Assembly: GCA_963784865.1 (NCBI GenBank)
Contig: CAWATC010000012.1
Span: 15,578-79,577, forward strand
Source: an uncultured Verrucomicrobiae bacterium
Lineage (GTDB): Bacteria; Verrucomicrobiota; Verrucomicrobiia; Chthoniobacterales; UBA10450
Direction of reading: 5' to 3'
DNA length: 64,000 bases
Shown: positions 33,310 to 44,804 of the stretch, piece after piece
Position numbering within the stretch: position 1 is the stretch's first letter
How the letters are laid out: each line of letters opens with the position of its first letter
Notes under the pieces: model-generated
What the model saw: the letters and a program-made list of their open reading frames with translations, nothing else
Databases searched by the model: none
What the model was told of the DNA's origin: nothing
Made by a program: the position numbers and the translations under genes

Positions 33310-35253
33310 TCACTCTTCCGCGCTGAGCTTCGCGAGAACGCCGAAGTCTTCGAGCGTCGTGGTGTCGCCGGTCACGGTCTTGCCGCTGGCGATTTCCTTC
33401 AGCAGTCGGCGCATGATCTTGCCGCTGCGCGTTTTTGGGAGCGCTTCGGCAAAACGAACTTCGTCCGGCTTGGCGATCGCACCGATGTGCAAGCCGACAT
33501 GATTGCGCAGTTCTTCCTTCAAGGCCGGCGTCGCCTCGACACCGCCTTTCACCGTGACGAACGCGACCACGCCCTGGCCTTTTAGTTCATCGGGCCGTCC
33601 GACCACGGCCGCTTCCGCCACCTTCGGATGACTAACGAGTGCACTCTCGATTTCGGAAGTGCCGAGGCGATGCCCGGCGACATTGAGCACGTCGTCGATC
33701 CGGCCAACGATCCAGAAGTAGCCATCCTGGTCGCGGCGCGCGCCATCGCCGGTCAGGTAGCTGCCTTTGAATTCGCTCCAGTATTGTTTCTTGTAGCGAT
33801 CCTTGTCGCCGTAGATCGTCCGTAACATCGACGGCCACGGGCGCCGGATGATGAGTTTGCCGCCGACATTTGGGCCGACTTCGTTGCCTTGCTCATCGAC
33901 GATCGCCGCATCGACGCCGAAGAACGGAAGCGTCGCGCTGCCCGGCTTCGTCGGGATCGCGCCCGGCAACGGCGTGATCATGATGCCGCCGGTTTCCGTC
34001 TGCCACCAGGTGTCGACGATCGGGCAGCGGCCGCCGCCGATCTTCTCGTGATACCACATCCAGGCCTCGGGATTGATCGGCTCGCCGACCGTTCCGAGCA
34101 GCCGCAGTGAGGAGAGATCGTGCTTCTTCACCCACTGGTCGCCCCAGCGGATGAAGGCGCGGATCGCGGTGGGCGCGGTGTAGAGAACGTTGACGCTGTA
34201 TTCGTCGATGATCCGCCAAAAACGATCCGGTTCCGGCCAATTCGGCGCGCCCTCATACATGAGCGTGGTCGCGCCATTCGCGAGCGGGCCGTAGACGACG
34301 TAGCTGTGCCCGGTGACCCAGCCGATATCGGCGGTGCACCAAAAGACGTCGTCGTCGCGCAGATCGAAGACGTATTTCGTCGTCGCGTGAATGCCGACGA
34401 GATAACCGCCGGTGGTGTGCAGAATTCCCTTCGGCTTTCCCGTCGATCCGCTGGTGTAGAGAATGTAAAGCGGATGCTCGCTGTCGAGCGGCGTCGGCGG
34501 GCAGTTCGCGTTTACATATTCCAACTCGCGATGCCACCAGACGTCGCGACCTTCCTCGATGTGGACATCGTTTCCGGCCCGGCGGAAGACGATCACGCGC
34601 TTGATCGAAGTCTCACCGCTCAAGGCGTCATCGACGTTTTTCTTCAGCGGAACAATCGCGCCGCGCCGATACCCGCCATCCGCGGTGACGACGGCGATCG
34701 CTCCGCAATCCGCGATCCGATCGCGAATGCTGTCCGGACTGAAGCCGCCGAAGATGACCGAGTGGACCGCGCCGATGCGCGCGCAGGCCAGCATCGCGAT
34801 CGCGGCTTCGGGAATCGCCGGCATGTAGATGATGACGCGGTGGCCTTTCTTGATTCCGTTGCGCTTCAGGACATTCGCGAAACGGCAAACGTCCCGGTGC
34901 AATTGCTGGTAAGTCAGGGTGCGCTTGTCGCCCGGTTCACCTTCCCAAAGGATCGCCGCCTTGTTGCGATTCGGGCCGGTGAGATGACGGTCGAGACAAT
35001 TCTCCGAGAGATTGAGCTTCCCGCCGACAAACCATTTCGCGAACGGCGCCTTCCACTCCAGCACCTTCTTCCACGGAGTTTGCCAGACCAGCTCGCGCGC
35101 CTCGCGCGCCCAAAATTTTTCCGGCGACTTGATCGACTTGCGATGCATCCGCCGGTAATCCTCGAGGCTGCCGATGCGCGATTTCTTCGCGAAGGCGCGG
35201 CTGGGTTTGAAGACGCGTTTCTCGATCAGGTGCGACTCGATGTTTTTTTCCAT
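33310..35253 (-). CDS. acs: Acetyl-CoA synthetase
   Basis: Intact ORF; start chosen at '[18 protein letters not shown]'. The AMP-binding motif '[11 protein letters not shown]', 'WWQTETGG' and '[11 protein letters not shown]' are present. Confidence 0.9.
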   Translation of the reverse strand: MEKNIESHLIEKRVFKPSRAFAKKSRIGSLEDYRRMHRKSIKSPEKFWAREARELVWQTPWKKVLEWKAPFAKWFVGGKLNLSENCLDRHLTGPNRNKAAILWEGEPGDKRTLTYQQLHRDVCRFANVLKRNGIKKGHRVIIYMPAIPEAAIAMLACARIGAVHSVIFGGFSPDSIRDRIADCGAIAVVTADGGYRRGAIVPLKKNVDDALSGETSIKRVIVFRRAGNDVHIEEGRDVWWHRELEYVNANCPPTPLDSEHPLYILYTSGSTGKPKGILHTTGGYLVGIHATTKYVFDLRDDDVFWCTADIGWVTGHSYVVYGPLANGATTLMYEGAPNWPEPDRFWRIIDEYSVNVLYTAPTAIRAFIRWGDQWVKKHDLSSLRLLGTVGEPINPEAWMWYHEKIGGGRCPIVDTWWQTETGGIMITPLPGAIPTKPGSATLPFFGVDAAIVDEQGNEVGPNVGGKLIIRRPWPSMLRTIYGDKDRYKKQYWSEFKGSYLTGDGARRDQDGYFWIVGRIDDVLNVAGHRLGTSEIESALVSHPKVAEAAVVGRPDELKGQGVVAFVTVKGGVEATPALKEELRNHVGLHIGAIAKPDEVRFAEALPKTRSGKIMRRLLKEIASGKTVTGDTTTLEDFGVLAKLSAEE

Positions 35254-35355
35254 GAGGGCAGCGCAAGCTTCCAGCTTGCACCCCTCCGACGGCAAGTTGG
35301 AAACTTGCGCCACTTTGGATTTGTCGCTCGGCGTGCGCGCGTTCACGCTGCGCCT

Positions 35356-35566
35356 ATGAGCGAGAACGTTTACAAGAAGATAGAGCTGGTTGGTTCCTCA
35401 CCGAACAGCATTGAGGAAGCAGTCACGAACGCGCTGGCACGCGCCGAGAAGACCGATCCGAAACATGCGCTGGTTCGAGGTCACGGAGACCCGCGGTCAC
35501 ATCGAGAACGGCAAGGTGGACCATTGGCAGGTGACGCTCAAAGTCGGCTTCACCCTCGACAAGTAG
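35356..35566 (+). pseudogene. Dodecin-family flavin-binding protein, frame-disrupted (one shift near 35455)
   Basis: '[33 protein letters not shown]' continues in the +1 frame as '[36 protein letters not shown]'. The span is 211 nt, which is not a multiple of 3. Confidence 0.7.
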
Positions 35567-35580
35567 ATGCTGAGCGGCGT

Positions 35581-35637
35581 CTAGCGCAGGCGCTTGCGCC
35601 ATCGGCGCTAGGCGTGAGCGCTTCGGCGACAAGCGCT
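35581..35637. terminator. Two adjacent hairpins between convergent genes (candidate terminators)
   Basis: The first is CTAGCGC...GCGCTAG (35581-35611) and the second is AGCGCTT-cggcgac-AAGCGCT (35617-35637). There is no clear U-tract. Confidence 0.3.
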
Positions 35638-35648
35638 GCTACAGCGTC

Positions 35649-35933
35649 CTACGCCTCGTCCTGCTTGGTCGCCTGGTAGAGCTTCGTCGCGCCGTAAATG
35701 AGGATGGCCGGCTTTAAGGCCATCAACGAAAGGCGTGTCAGGCCGCCGAGGATGCGGAAAACCGGAAGTCGATCGATCACCAGGCCGGCCACCACTGCGT
35801 AGGCCATGGCGCGGGTCGGATTTTCGCGCACGAAATCCTCGGTCTGTTCCATGATTTGTTCGAATTGCTCTTTCGTGTAGCGCAGGCCGCGCTCGGCAAA
35901 ATCTTCGGGATTCTCGGCAAGTTCTTGTTCCAT
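35649..35933 (-). CDS. Small hypothetical membrane-associated protein
   Basis: Intact 94-aa ORF. An acidic N-terminal helix region is followed by a hydrophobic segment, '[24 protein letters not shown]'. Confidence 0.5.
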   Translation of the reverse strand: MEQELAENPEDFAERGLRYTKEQFEQIMEQTEDFVRENPTRAMAYAVVAGLVIDRLPVFRILGGLTRLSLMALKPAILIYGATKLYQATKQDEA

Positions 35934-36011
35934 TTTAACTATCTTCGGATGTTGAGGCTTTGGTGCGTGTTCAAATAATGGGCCAGGACGCAGCGTTGTC
36001 CAGATTTCGGA

Positions 36012-36927
36012 TCAACGCAAAGTCAGCCAAACGGTGCTCGCCCCTGTCTCCGGCGGAAAATCCGGCAGCGGCGGCTCGCGATGCAGGGTGCCGGCGCGTC
36101 GGGCCGCCTTCAGGCAAAAACGCGCCATTACTTTCAGCGCCTGTTCGTGCAGCGTCGTGCAATTCGTCGAAAGCAGGATCCTGCCATCCCGTTCCGCCAC
36201 TTCCAGGGCGAGCGCCAGCAGGGTTTCGAAATCCTGCTCGACTTGGAACGCCTTCCCGCGGTGCGACCGCGAGAAGGTGGGCGGGTCGAGAATGATGACG
36301 TCGAATTTTTCGCCTTTGCGCGCGAGACGCGGGAGGAAGTCCATCACATCGTCCGCGATGAACCGATGATCGTTCGTCGTCTGCGCGTTCAGGGCGAAAT
36401 TTTCGCGCCCGCGCGCGAGCGATTTTTTTGAAAGATCCACGTTGACCGTCTTTGCGCCGACCGTCGCCGCCGCCGACCGAAAACGAACAGGTATAGGCGA
36501 AGCAATTGAGCAGCGTTTTCGGTCGAAGACTGCGGACGTAGCTCCGGTTCTCGCGTTGGTCGATGAAGAGGCCGATGGAATAACCGCTTTCAAAATCGAT
36601 TCCGTAATGCAGCCGCCGCTCAGTGGCGATCGAGCGCAGGCTCAATCCGGCATCGCCCAGGATTAACTTCGGCGCCGCGCGTTGCGCGTTTTGCCTCGGG
36701 AGGAAGCGGGCGAAGATGCGCGTGAATTTGAACTCGACCGAGAGCGACCAACGACAGAACTCGGTCGTGAGCCGTTCCCGCGCCGCCTCGGTCTTGTAGG
36801 AAACAAGCACGTCGCTGCCGTAGCGCTCGACCCAGCCATCATCGCAGGTGCAAAGGCGATAGGCGTCGGTCTGCTCGGCGGCGAAGGCCTGCACCAGGGC
36901 GGGTTCGATCCATTCGGACATCCTCAT
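36012..36927 (-). pseudogene. Class I SAM-dependent RNA methyltransferase (RlmI/RlmK-like), frame-disrupted (one shift near 36480)
   Basis: The N-terminal part '[15 protein letters not shown]...GLFIDQRENR' and the C-terminal part 'VNVDLSKKSL...FDVIILDPPTFSRS...' (DPPxF motif) lie in two frames. Confidence 0.65.
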
Positions 36928-37069
36928 CGGAGCGCTGGCGACAGTTTCGAGGAAGAATCGGGAAGCGCGAGCGCTTCTGCGTGTCTTTCGCCGGCGTGCC
37001 TTGCCGCCGGGAAGGAGCGCGATACCTTTGCGCCGCGCGCCCGCATCGTCTTGCGGCGGATGTGCAATC

Positions 37070-37941
37070 ATGCAAGCAATCACCGTCCGCGTTCCGGCGA
37101 GCACTTCCAATCTCGGTCCCGGCTTTGATTGCCTGGGCGTGGCGCTGCGGGTCTATAACGACGTCACCATCCGACGCGGCGGCCGCAGGCCCGATCCATC
37201 CCATGGTGCTGCGCCGCGGCCGAGCTCTTTTTCGCGCGAGCAAGATGCGGCGTCTTTCCTTTCTCGTTCAAGATCGCTGGCGACGTGCCCGTCTCGCGCG
37301 GATTGGGCAGCAGCGTGACCGTGCGACTGGGCGTGATCCACGGGTTGAACGCGCTCGCCGAAACACCGTTGACGCGCGAAAAGATCTTCCGGCTTTGTGC
37401 CGAACTGGAAGGACATCCGGATAACGCGGCGCCGGCGGAGTTCGGCGGATTCAATGTTGCGCACGGCGCGACGCGGCAACGCTTTCCGGTCTCGGCGGCG
37501 CTGAAGTTCGTTCTGCTCATTCCGGACTTCGAAGTGAAAACGTCCGCAGCGCGCGCCCTGCTCCCAATCCAAATCGGACGCGCGGCAGCGGTCGAGAGCA
37601 ATGCCAATGCCTGCAGCATCACGGCCGCTTTCGCCTCCGGCCGATATTTGAATTTGCGGGGCGCGTTCCGCGATTTCCTGCATCAACCGTATCGGAAAAA
37701 GTTGGTGCCTTTCTTCGACGATGTGGTCCTTGCGGCGGAAAAGCCGGCGCGCTCGGCGGCTTCTTGAGCGGCTCCGGTTCGACGATTGCCGCCGTCACGC
37801 TCGAAAGCCGGAAGATGTCGCTGCGGCGATGCTTGCTGCCGCGCCCGCAGGTTCGCGCGTCTCATCACAACCGCAGACAACCGCGGCGCCCGGGTGCTTC
37901 CAATCCGCAATCCGAAATCCGCAATCCGAAATCGCCGATGA
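37070..37941 (+). pseudogene. thrB: Homoserine kinase, frame-disrupted (at least 3 shifts)
   Basis: '[26 protein letters not shown]', '[14 protein letters not shown]' (GHMP motif), 'HPDNAAPAEFGG' and 'SGSGSTIAAV' are present. The stop overlaps the lpxK start (ATGA). Confidence 0.75.
37902..37929. repeat. Tandem duplication of the 14-mer AATCCGCAATCCGA (plus a partial third copy)
   Basis: The copies at 37902-37915 and 37916-37929 are identical. They sit at the thrB 3' end / lpxK start junction. Confidence 0.8.
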
Positions 37942-39134
37942 GTCAGCGCTCAGAAAGTCTCGAGCAATTCGCGATCGACGTAATTCTCGGCCGGCGCCAG
38001 GGCGCGCGTGCCAAAATCCTGCGCGGTCTTCTCTACTTCATGTCTTTTGGTTACGAGCGAGCGGTTTTGCTCCGGCTTTTTCTTTACCGGCACCGCATTT
38101 TTCGAGAGCGCACACTCGGCTGTCTGGTGGTCAGCATCGGGAACCTGACCGTCGGCGGGACGGGCAAGACGCCGGTGGTCGAGAAGTTCGCGCGCGCGCT
38201 CCGCGACGGCGGCCGACAGGTCGCGATTCTCAGCCGCGGTTACAAGAGCGTGCCGCAGCCGACGAAGAAACAACGGTTCGCCCGCTTTCGAAAAAAGGCC
38301 CTGCCGCCGCCGCGGATCGTCTCGGATGGCAAATCACTCCTGCTCGATTCCCGCACCGCCGGCGACGAGCCCTACATGCTGGCGAATAATTTGAAAGATG
38401 TCGTCGTCCTCGTGGACGTCGATCGCGTGAACAGCGGCCGCTACGCGATCAAGGAATTCAAAGCCGATACTCTTCTCCTCGACGACGGCCTGCAATATCT
38501 CCGGCTGAAACACCGGCTCGATATCGTCCTGATCGATCGTCAGGCGCCCTTTGGAAACGAATATCTCCTGCCGCGCGGAACGTTGCGCGAACCGCCGCGG
38601 AATCTTCGGCGCGCCAGTTACATCTTCATCACGAAATGCACCGGCGAACCGAACGACGAACTCATCGCGCGCATCCGCCAGTACAACCGCACCGCGGAGA
38701 TCATCGAGTGCGCGCACAAGCCGCTCCATCTGCAAAACGCCTTCACCGCCGAGCAGTTGCCGCTGGAGAAATTGCAGGGCGCTTTCATCGGATCGCTCTG
38801 CGGAATCGCGGCGCCGGAGAGTTTTGAGGATGGCCTGCGCAAGCTCGGCGCGCGCATCGAGCTCTCGAAACATTACACCGATCACCACCGCTACGATGAA
38901 GGCGAGCTGCAAACCTTTATCAACCGCTGCCTGCGCCGCGATCTGGCCATGGTGGTAACGACGGAAAAAGACGCGGTGCGGTTCCCGCGATTAATGGCGC
39001 CGGAAGTCCCGATCTATTTTCTGCGGGTCGAGATCGAGATCCTGAGCGGGCACGAGAGCTGGGAGCATTGCGTCGCGCGCATCTGCCAGCCGCGGCCCGA
39101 TGCTCTCGCCCGAGCGATTTTTTTCCTGAGGTAG
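37938..39134 (+). CDS. lpxK: Tetraacyldisaccharide 4'-kinase
   Basis: The ORF is intact from '[11 protein letters not shown]'. It has the P-loop '[17 protein letters not shown]' and 'AILSRGYK'. Confidence 0.85.
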   Translation: MSQRSESLEQFAIDVILGRRQGARAKILRGLLYFMSFGYERAVLLRLFLYRHRIFRERTLGCLVVSIGNLTVGGTGKTPVVEKFARALRDGGRQVAILSRGYKSVPQPTKKQRFARFRKKALPPPRIVSDGKSLLLDSRTAGDEPYMLANNLKDVVVLVDVDRVNSGRYAIKEFKADTLLLDDGLQYLRLKHRLDIVLIDRQAPFGNEYLLPRGTLREPPRNLRRASYIFITKCTGEPNDELIARIRQYNRTAEIIECAHKPLHLQNAFTAEQLPLEKLQGAFIGSLCGIAAPESFEDGLRKLGARIELSKHYTDHHRYDEGELQTFINRCLRRDLAMVVTTEKDAVRFPRLMAPEVPIYFLRVEIEILSGHESWEHCVARICQPRPDALARAIFFLR

Positions 39135-39199
39135 TGAGCGGATCTCGTCTTGACTGGCAAGCGCGCCACGCTCGCCCGCAAAGCGAATCGAGAACAAGA

Positions 39200-40169
39200 A
39201 TGGCCGACAACGCAGAACTGATCGTCGAAGGCAAGAAGCTCCCGGTTTCGAACCTGAACAAAGTGCTCTACCCGAAGGCGGGTTTCACGAAAGGGCAGGT
39301 GATCGATTACTACATCCGCGTCGCGCCCGTTTTGTTGCCGCATTTGAAGGATCGGCCGCTGACGATGAAACGCTACCCGAACGGCGTCGAGGGGATGTTC
39401 TTTTACGAAAAGAACTGTCCGTCTCATCGGCCGGCATGGGTGAAAACGGTGAAAGTCTGGAGTGAGGGAAATCAACGCGACATGCATTATTGTCTCGCGC
39501 AGGATTTGCCCACTCTCGTCTGGGCGGCGAATCTCGCCGATCTCGAACTGCACACCTCGCTCGCGCGGAAAAAAGACGTGACCAGGCCGACGATGATGGT
39601 CTTCGATCTCGATCCCGGTCCGCCCGCCACGATCGTGCAATGCTGCCAGGTCGGACTCTGGCTGCGCGACTTGTTAGGGAAAATGAAACTCCAGAGCTGG
39701 GCGAAAACGAGCGGCTCGAAAGGCTTGCAGGTTTACGTCCCGCTGAACACGCCCGCGACCTTCGATCAAACCAAGGCGCTCTCCCGCGCACTTGCGGAAC
39801 ATCTCGAGCGCGAGCATCCCGACCTCGTTGTGCACAAAATGTTGAAGTCGCTCCGCACCGGAAAGATCCTGGTCGACTGGAGCCAGAACGACGAGCACAA
39901 GACGACGATCAACGTCTACTCGTTGCGTGCCCGGGAGCAGCCGACTGTTTCTACGCCGGTCACTTGGGAGGAAGTGCAGCGCTTGCCTGAAAAAGAAGAA
40001 TCCGAAGCTGCTCAGCCTTAATTCGGACCAGGTCGTGAAACGGGTGGAAAAGGACGGCGACCTTTTTGCGCCGGTGCAAACCCTTAAGCAGAAGCTGCCG
40101 AAAAAGTGGGATCTTTGTCGGCTAGTGGTCTTAAGATTTCGAATAGAGCTCGGCTGCGCCGATCCGTGA
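39200..40169 (+). pseudogene. Stand-alone LigD-type primase-polymerase domain protein (NHEJ polymerase), frame-disrupted near 39975; the true 3' end is uncertain
   Basis: 'LSNLNKVLYPKAGFTKGQVIDYY...RPLTMKRYPNGV...FDLDPGP...KTSGSKGLQVYVPL...KILVDWSQN' is present. The tail 'DGDLFAPVQTLKQKLPK' lies in another frame. Confidence 0.7.
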
Positions 40170-40926
40170 AGACGGGCATGCGGTCGCGGACGGATTGAAG
40201 ATTCTCCAGGGAGATTTCCGCCACGAGGAGCTCTTCGCGATCAGTGGAAGCCGACGCAACGACCACGCCGTAGGGATCGATGATCGCGGACGATCCACAA
40301 AACGGGACGCCATCGTCCTTGCCGACGCGATTCGAGACGATGACGTAGCTCTGATTTTCGATCGCGCGCGCCGTCGCGAGAATTCGAAAATGCTCGACGC
40401 GCGGAAACGGCCAGGCGGATGAGAGGATGAAGACGTTCGCTTCGTCTTCCGTGGCGAGTTTGCGATACAACTCCGGGAATCGCAGGTCGTAGCAGATGCT
40501 GAATCCGAAGCGGAATCCCGCGACCGGCAAAGTGACAGTGCAGTCTCCCGCCCCGAAGCATTTGTGCTCTTCGATCGGCGGCGGCGAGAAAAGATGAGTC
40601 TTGCGATACTTCCCGGTGATCGCGCCGTTCGCGTCGATGATCACCTGGGTGTTGAAAATCGATTCGCCATCGCGCTCGGAAACGCCGCAGATAATCCCGA
40701 GCGAAAGGTCTTTTGCCATCCGCTGTAATTCCGGCACGGCTCCTTCTCGCCATGAGGTCGCATGCTTGCGAATCGCCGACATGACGTAGCCGGTGTCGGC
40801 CATCTCTGGGAACACGATCCAGTCGGCGCCACTCGCTTTCGCGCGCGCCGAAAAGTCACGAATTTTCGCAAGATTCGCGACGACGTCACCTACTGCGCAA
40901 GAGATTTGGGCCGCGGCGATTTTCAT
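40084..40926 (-). CDS. Carbon-nitrogen hydrolase family protein (nitrilase/omega-amidase-like)
   Basis: Intact ORF starting 'MKIAAAQISCAV'. The context of the E-K-C triad is present: 'IVFPEMADTGY', 'YRKTHLF' and 'GFSICYDLRFPE'. Confidence 0.8.
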   Translation of the reverse strand: MKIAAAQISCAVGDVVANLAKIRDFSARAKASGADWIVFPEMADTGYVMSAIRKHATSWREGAVPELQRMAKDLSLGIICGVSERDGESIFNTQVIIDANGAITGKYRKTHLFSPPPIEEHKCFGAGDCTVTLPVAGFRFGFSICYDLRFPELYRKLATEDEANVFILSSAWPFPRVEHFRILATARAIENQSYVIVSNRVGKDDGVPFCGSSAIIDPYGVVVASASTDREELLVAEISLENLQSVRDRMPVFTDRRSRALFEILRPLADKDPTFSAASA

Positions 40927-40959
40927 GATCAAACACTCGTTAGGCAATCCGGCATCACC

Positions 40960-42690
40960 TTAGTATCCTGCCGCCTGTCCGTCCTTGCGGCTCTCGCTCG
41001 CGCCGACGTAGACGCGTTGGCCGTCGTGCATTTCGACTTTGATCGCCTGATAGCCGCCGTATCCGCCGACGTCGAAGCGCACATCGTGGCCGCGCTTCTT
41101 TAGTTCGCGCACGGTTTCCCAGGGAATGCCGCTCTCGAGATTCACGTAACCGCCGTTGGTCATCTTCTCGTCGGTCGGTTCGCTGTCGCCTTCGTGTTGC
41201 CAGCGGGCGGCGTCGCCGGCTTCCTGCACGCCGAGTCCGAAGTCGATCTGGTTCGTCAGCACCTGCACGTGTCCCTGCGGTTGCATTCCGCCGCCCATGA
41301 CGCCGAACGCTTCCCACGGCTTCCCGTCTTTCATGACGAAGCCGGGAATGATCGTGTGAAACGGACGTTTGCCCGGCGCATAAACATTCGCATGTCCCGG
41401 CTGCATCGAGAACAGCTCGCCGCGATCCTGGAACATGAAGCCCAGTCCAGGCACGACAATGCCGCTGCCCATTCCGCGGTAATTGCTCTGGATGAGCGAG
41501 ACCATGTTGCCCTCGTCATCGGCGGTGCAGAGGTAAATCGTGTCGCCCTTTTCGAGCGCCGGATTGCCGGCCTCGACCGATTTTGCCGCACGACTCGGGA
41601 TCGATCAGCTTGCGCCGCGCGGCGGCGTAGGGCTTCGAAAGCAACTCCGCGACCGGCGCCTTCGCGAAGTCGGGATCGGCATAAAACTTCGCGCGATCAG
41701 CCCAGGCGATCTTCTTCGCTTCGACCATCGCGTGCAGGGTTTCCGGCGAATTGCGGCCCATCGCTCGCAGATCGAATCCTTCGAGAATGTTCAGCATCTG
41801 CAAGCGTGGCGATGCCCTGGCCATTCGGCGGCAATTCGAAGACATCGTAGCCGCGATAGTTCGTCGAGACGGGCTCGACCCAGGTGGACGTGTGCTTCTC
41901 GAAATCCGCTTTCCGCAGATAGCCGCCATTCGCCTGCATGAAGGCGTCGATCTTGTCCGCGATCTCGCCTTTGTAGAAAGCGTCGCGGCCCTTCTCGCCG
42001 ATCAGGCGCAAAGTGTGGGCCAGCTCCGGATTCTTGAAGATGTCGCCTTTGGCCGGCGCGCGCCCGGCGCCATCGAGCGTGTAGGTCTTCAGAAATCCGC
42101 CGGGCATTCCTTTGAAAAGCGGCACGCTGCGGCTCCAATACCACGCGATCAGTTCGGTTACCGGGAAGCCTTCTTCGGCATAGTGGATCGCGCCGGAAAG
42201 ATCATCGGCTAACGAGAGCTTTGCCGAATTTCTTGTGCAGCTCGGCCCAGCCATCGACGCAACCCGGCACGCTGATCGGCAGCATTCCGTCAGGCGGAAT
42301 CGTGGTCCGCTTGAGCTTCGTCAGTTCCGCCTTCATCTGCTCGTAGCTCAAGCCGAGCGGCGAACGGCCACTGGCGTTGAGCCCGTAGAGTTTGTTTTCC
42401 TTCGCGCTGTAGACGATCGCGAAGAGATCGCCGCCGACGCCGTTGGAGACTGGCTCCATCAATCCGAGCGTGGCGTTCGCTGCGATCGCCGCATCGACCG
42501 CGCTGCCGCCGCGTTTCAGGACATCGAGCCCGACCTGGGTGGCCGCGGGCACACTCGTGCAAACCATCCCGTGACGGGCGAGCACTTCGGACCGCGTCGC
42601 AAACGCGCGCCCGGTGATCCGATCGATTTGTGCGTAGGCCGAAGCGATCGTTAATGCGGAGAACCATCCCAAAAGAACGAAGCGATTCAT
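40960..42690 (-). pseudogene. ggt: Gamma-glutamyltransferase with a signal peptide, frame-disrupted (at least 3 shifts)
   Basis: The signal peptide is 'MNRFVLLGWFSALTIASAYA'. 'GGSAVDAAIAANATLGLMEP' and the small-subunit stretch 'MVSLIQSNYRGMGSGIVVPGLGFMFQDRG...PFHTIIPGF' are present. Confidence 0.85.
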
Positions 42691-42736
42691 GCGATAGCGT
42701 AGCGCAAAGCTTTCCAGCTTGCGAAACCGCAGGACT

Positions 42737-44032
42737 CTACTCGAAGCGCAGCGCCTTCACCGGATCGAGACGCGCCGCGAAATAGGCCGGGATCAAAGCC
42801 GCGAGCGAGCAGATGATGAATGCGCCCACGCAGATAATCGCGACGTCGTTCGGCACGATCTCCGCGGGTATGGCCGAAAATTGGTAGACCTGCCGTGGGA
42901 AAACTTCGATGCCAAACGTCGAGGCCAGCCATTGGCTGAATTCATTCCGGTAACGAATCAGCAACATCCCGAGTCCCAGCCCGGAAAGCGTTCCGAACAA
43001 TCCCACCACCATTCCCTGGGCCAGAAAAACCCAGACGATCTGCCAGATGTTCGCGCCGATCGCTTTCATGATCCCGATCTCGCGCGTCTTCTGCACGGTC
43101 ACGGTGATGAGCGTGTTCATGATTCCGAAGGCCGCGACCACCACGATAAAGAAGAGAAGGAAAAACATCACCGTCCGCTCCAGGCGCACCGCTTCGAAGT
43201 ATTGGTTATTCATCTCGATCCAGGTCTGCGCGTATTCCGGTGGGCTGCAAAAACTTCTCGATCGCTTCCTTGATCCGGCCGGCCGCGTAGGGATCGACCG
43301 TCTTCACGGTCAGCCCATGGAGCGCGTCCTCCAGACCGTAGAGTTCCTGTCCCACGTAAAGCGGCACGAGGAGGAACTCGGAGTCGTGCAGGTAATGGCC
43401 GGTCTCGAAGATGCCGGTGACGGTCAGTTCCTTCGGCAGGACCACCTCGCGCAGTTGATCGATCGCGGCCTGCTCTGCGGCGCTGTCCTTGGTTTCCAGC
43501 TTCCTGATTCCGTCGAGGATCTGGCCGAGATTTCCCGGCGAATAAACCGTCAGCTTGTCGCCGAGATCGATTTGTAATTTGCGCGCCAGCTCGATCCCGA
43601 GCACGACGGAATCGCCCTCCAGATCGAGGCTTCCTCTCTTGATGAACTTCCGCAGCGGAATCACCTTCTCCTCCTCCTCCGGATCAATTCCCGCGCATCA
43701 GCGGCGCCAGGCGGCGATTTTGGAATTCGACGATCACCGGCCCCTGCACATAGGGCGCGGTCGCGACCACGCCCGGCGGTGTTTCGCACTTTCACCGTCA
43801 GGTCGCGCCAGTCGTTCAACACATCCTGGGTCGAGACGAGAATGTGCGCCTCCCAGTCGATCACCTTCTGCCGCAGCTCGCGATCGAAGCCGGTCATGAC
43901 CGAGATGACGAGAATGAGCACGGTCACGCCGAGCGTCACCCCGAGGACGGAAATGAGGGTGATGATCGAAACGAAGGTGCGCTTCGGCTTGAGATAGCGC
44001 AGCGCGAGAAAGAGGCTGAACGGCAGTTTCAA
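42737..44032 (-). pseudogene. LolC/LolE-type lipoprotein-releasing ABC permease (FtsX domain), frame-disrupted (at least 3 shifts)
   Basis: 'MKLPFSLFLALRYLKPKRTFVSIITLISVLGV' and 'TREIGIMKAIGANIWQI' are present. The fragments 43661-44032, 43206-43664 and 42737-43213 are contiguous. Confidence 0.75.
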
Positions 44033-44101
44033 ATCGGCGCTAAGGTCGCGACAAACCGAAACGATGCCAGCGCGAACTCGTGTCGCTCCGCGCCCAGCCC
44101 C

Positions 44102-44267
44102 GTCATCCTGAGGCGGCGAAGCGCGTCGAAGGACCCCACCGATTCACAACGGATCGTCCCGAATGCGGCGTGCGCCATTCATCCCGGACGTTGTAGATCA
44201 CTTCTCGTTAGACGGACAGTCGTCGCGCTGCGAGAGGTCCTTCGCCGTCTGCGCGACTCAGGATGAC
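44102..44267. repeat. Inverted pair of a GTCATCCTGAG...GAAGGACC element flanking about 100 nt
   Basis: The left arm is 44102-44135 (GTCATCCTGAGgcggcgaagcgcgtcGAAGGACC). The right arm is 44236-44267 (GGTCCTTCgccgtctgcgcgaCTCAGGATGAC). The pair is intergenic. Confidence 0.6.
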
Positions 44268-44302
44268 AGGTGGTGTGGAAACCTCCGGAGTTGCGATTTC
44301 CT

Positions 44303-44665
44303 TCAGGTTTCGATCGCGTGCGCTTTCAGTTCTTCGAGCGAGACAAACTCGAGCGCGGACGAGTGCGTCGCCTCGAGGTCGATCTTGCCGGCGAGGCCGC
44401 GCTTCAACGCTGCGGCCCAGCGCGTCACGCAAACGCACCAGCGATCGCCCGGTTTCAAGCCGGGAAATCCGTACTCCGGATGCGGCGTGATGAGATCGTT
44501 GCCGTCGAGGACCGAGAAATCCAGGAAGTCGCGATCGACGAGCACGCAAACCGTGTGGAGTCCCAGATCCTCCGGTCCGGTCCGGCAGTAACCGTCGCGA
44601 AAAAATCCCGTCATCGGATCGCGACAACAACATTTCAGCTCGGTGCCGAGAACGTTCGTGGGCAT
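44303..44665 (-). CDS. DUF2237-family small Cys-rich protein
   Basis: 120 aa beginning 'MPTNVLGTELKCCCRDPMTGFFRDGYCRTG...'. It is intact. Confidence 0.7.
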   Translation of the reverse strand: MPTNVLGTELKCCCRDPMTGFFRDGYCRTGPEDLGLHTVCVLVDRDFLDFSVLDGNDLITPHPEYGFPGLKPGDRWCVCVTRWAAALKRGLAGKIDLEATHSSALEFVSLEELKAHAIET

Positions 44666-44701
44666 GGTTGCATCATAGCATTGGCTGCCCCTTCGGACAT
44701 T

Positions 44702-44724
44702 CGAATCAGGACAGCAGGAAAAAG
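44702..44724. repeat. Second copy of the dispersed motif CGAATCAGGA(A/C)AGCAGGAAAAA
   Basis: It matches 21294-21315 in 21 of 22 positions and is also intergenic. Confidence 0.5.
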
Positions 44725-44804
44725 AAAGAAGCGGCCGGTCATCGGTGGCAGAGCTTGTTTGACACTCCCATCGGTGGAGCAGTGACGAGCAAAATGGGCT
44801 ACCT

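Noticed and set aside
34120-35679. 519-aa plus-strand ORF, the longest plus-strand ORF in that region
   Set aside because: It is antisense to acetyl-CoA synthetase. Only its last ~100 codons overlap real coding sequence (the dodecin gene), and that is by frame coincidence.
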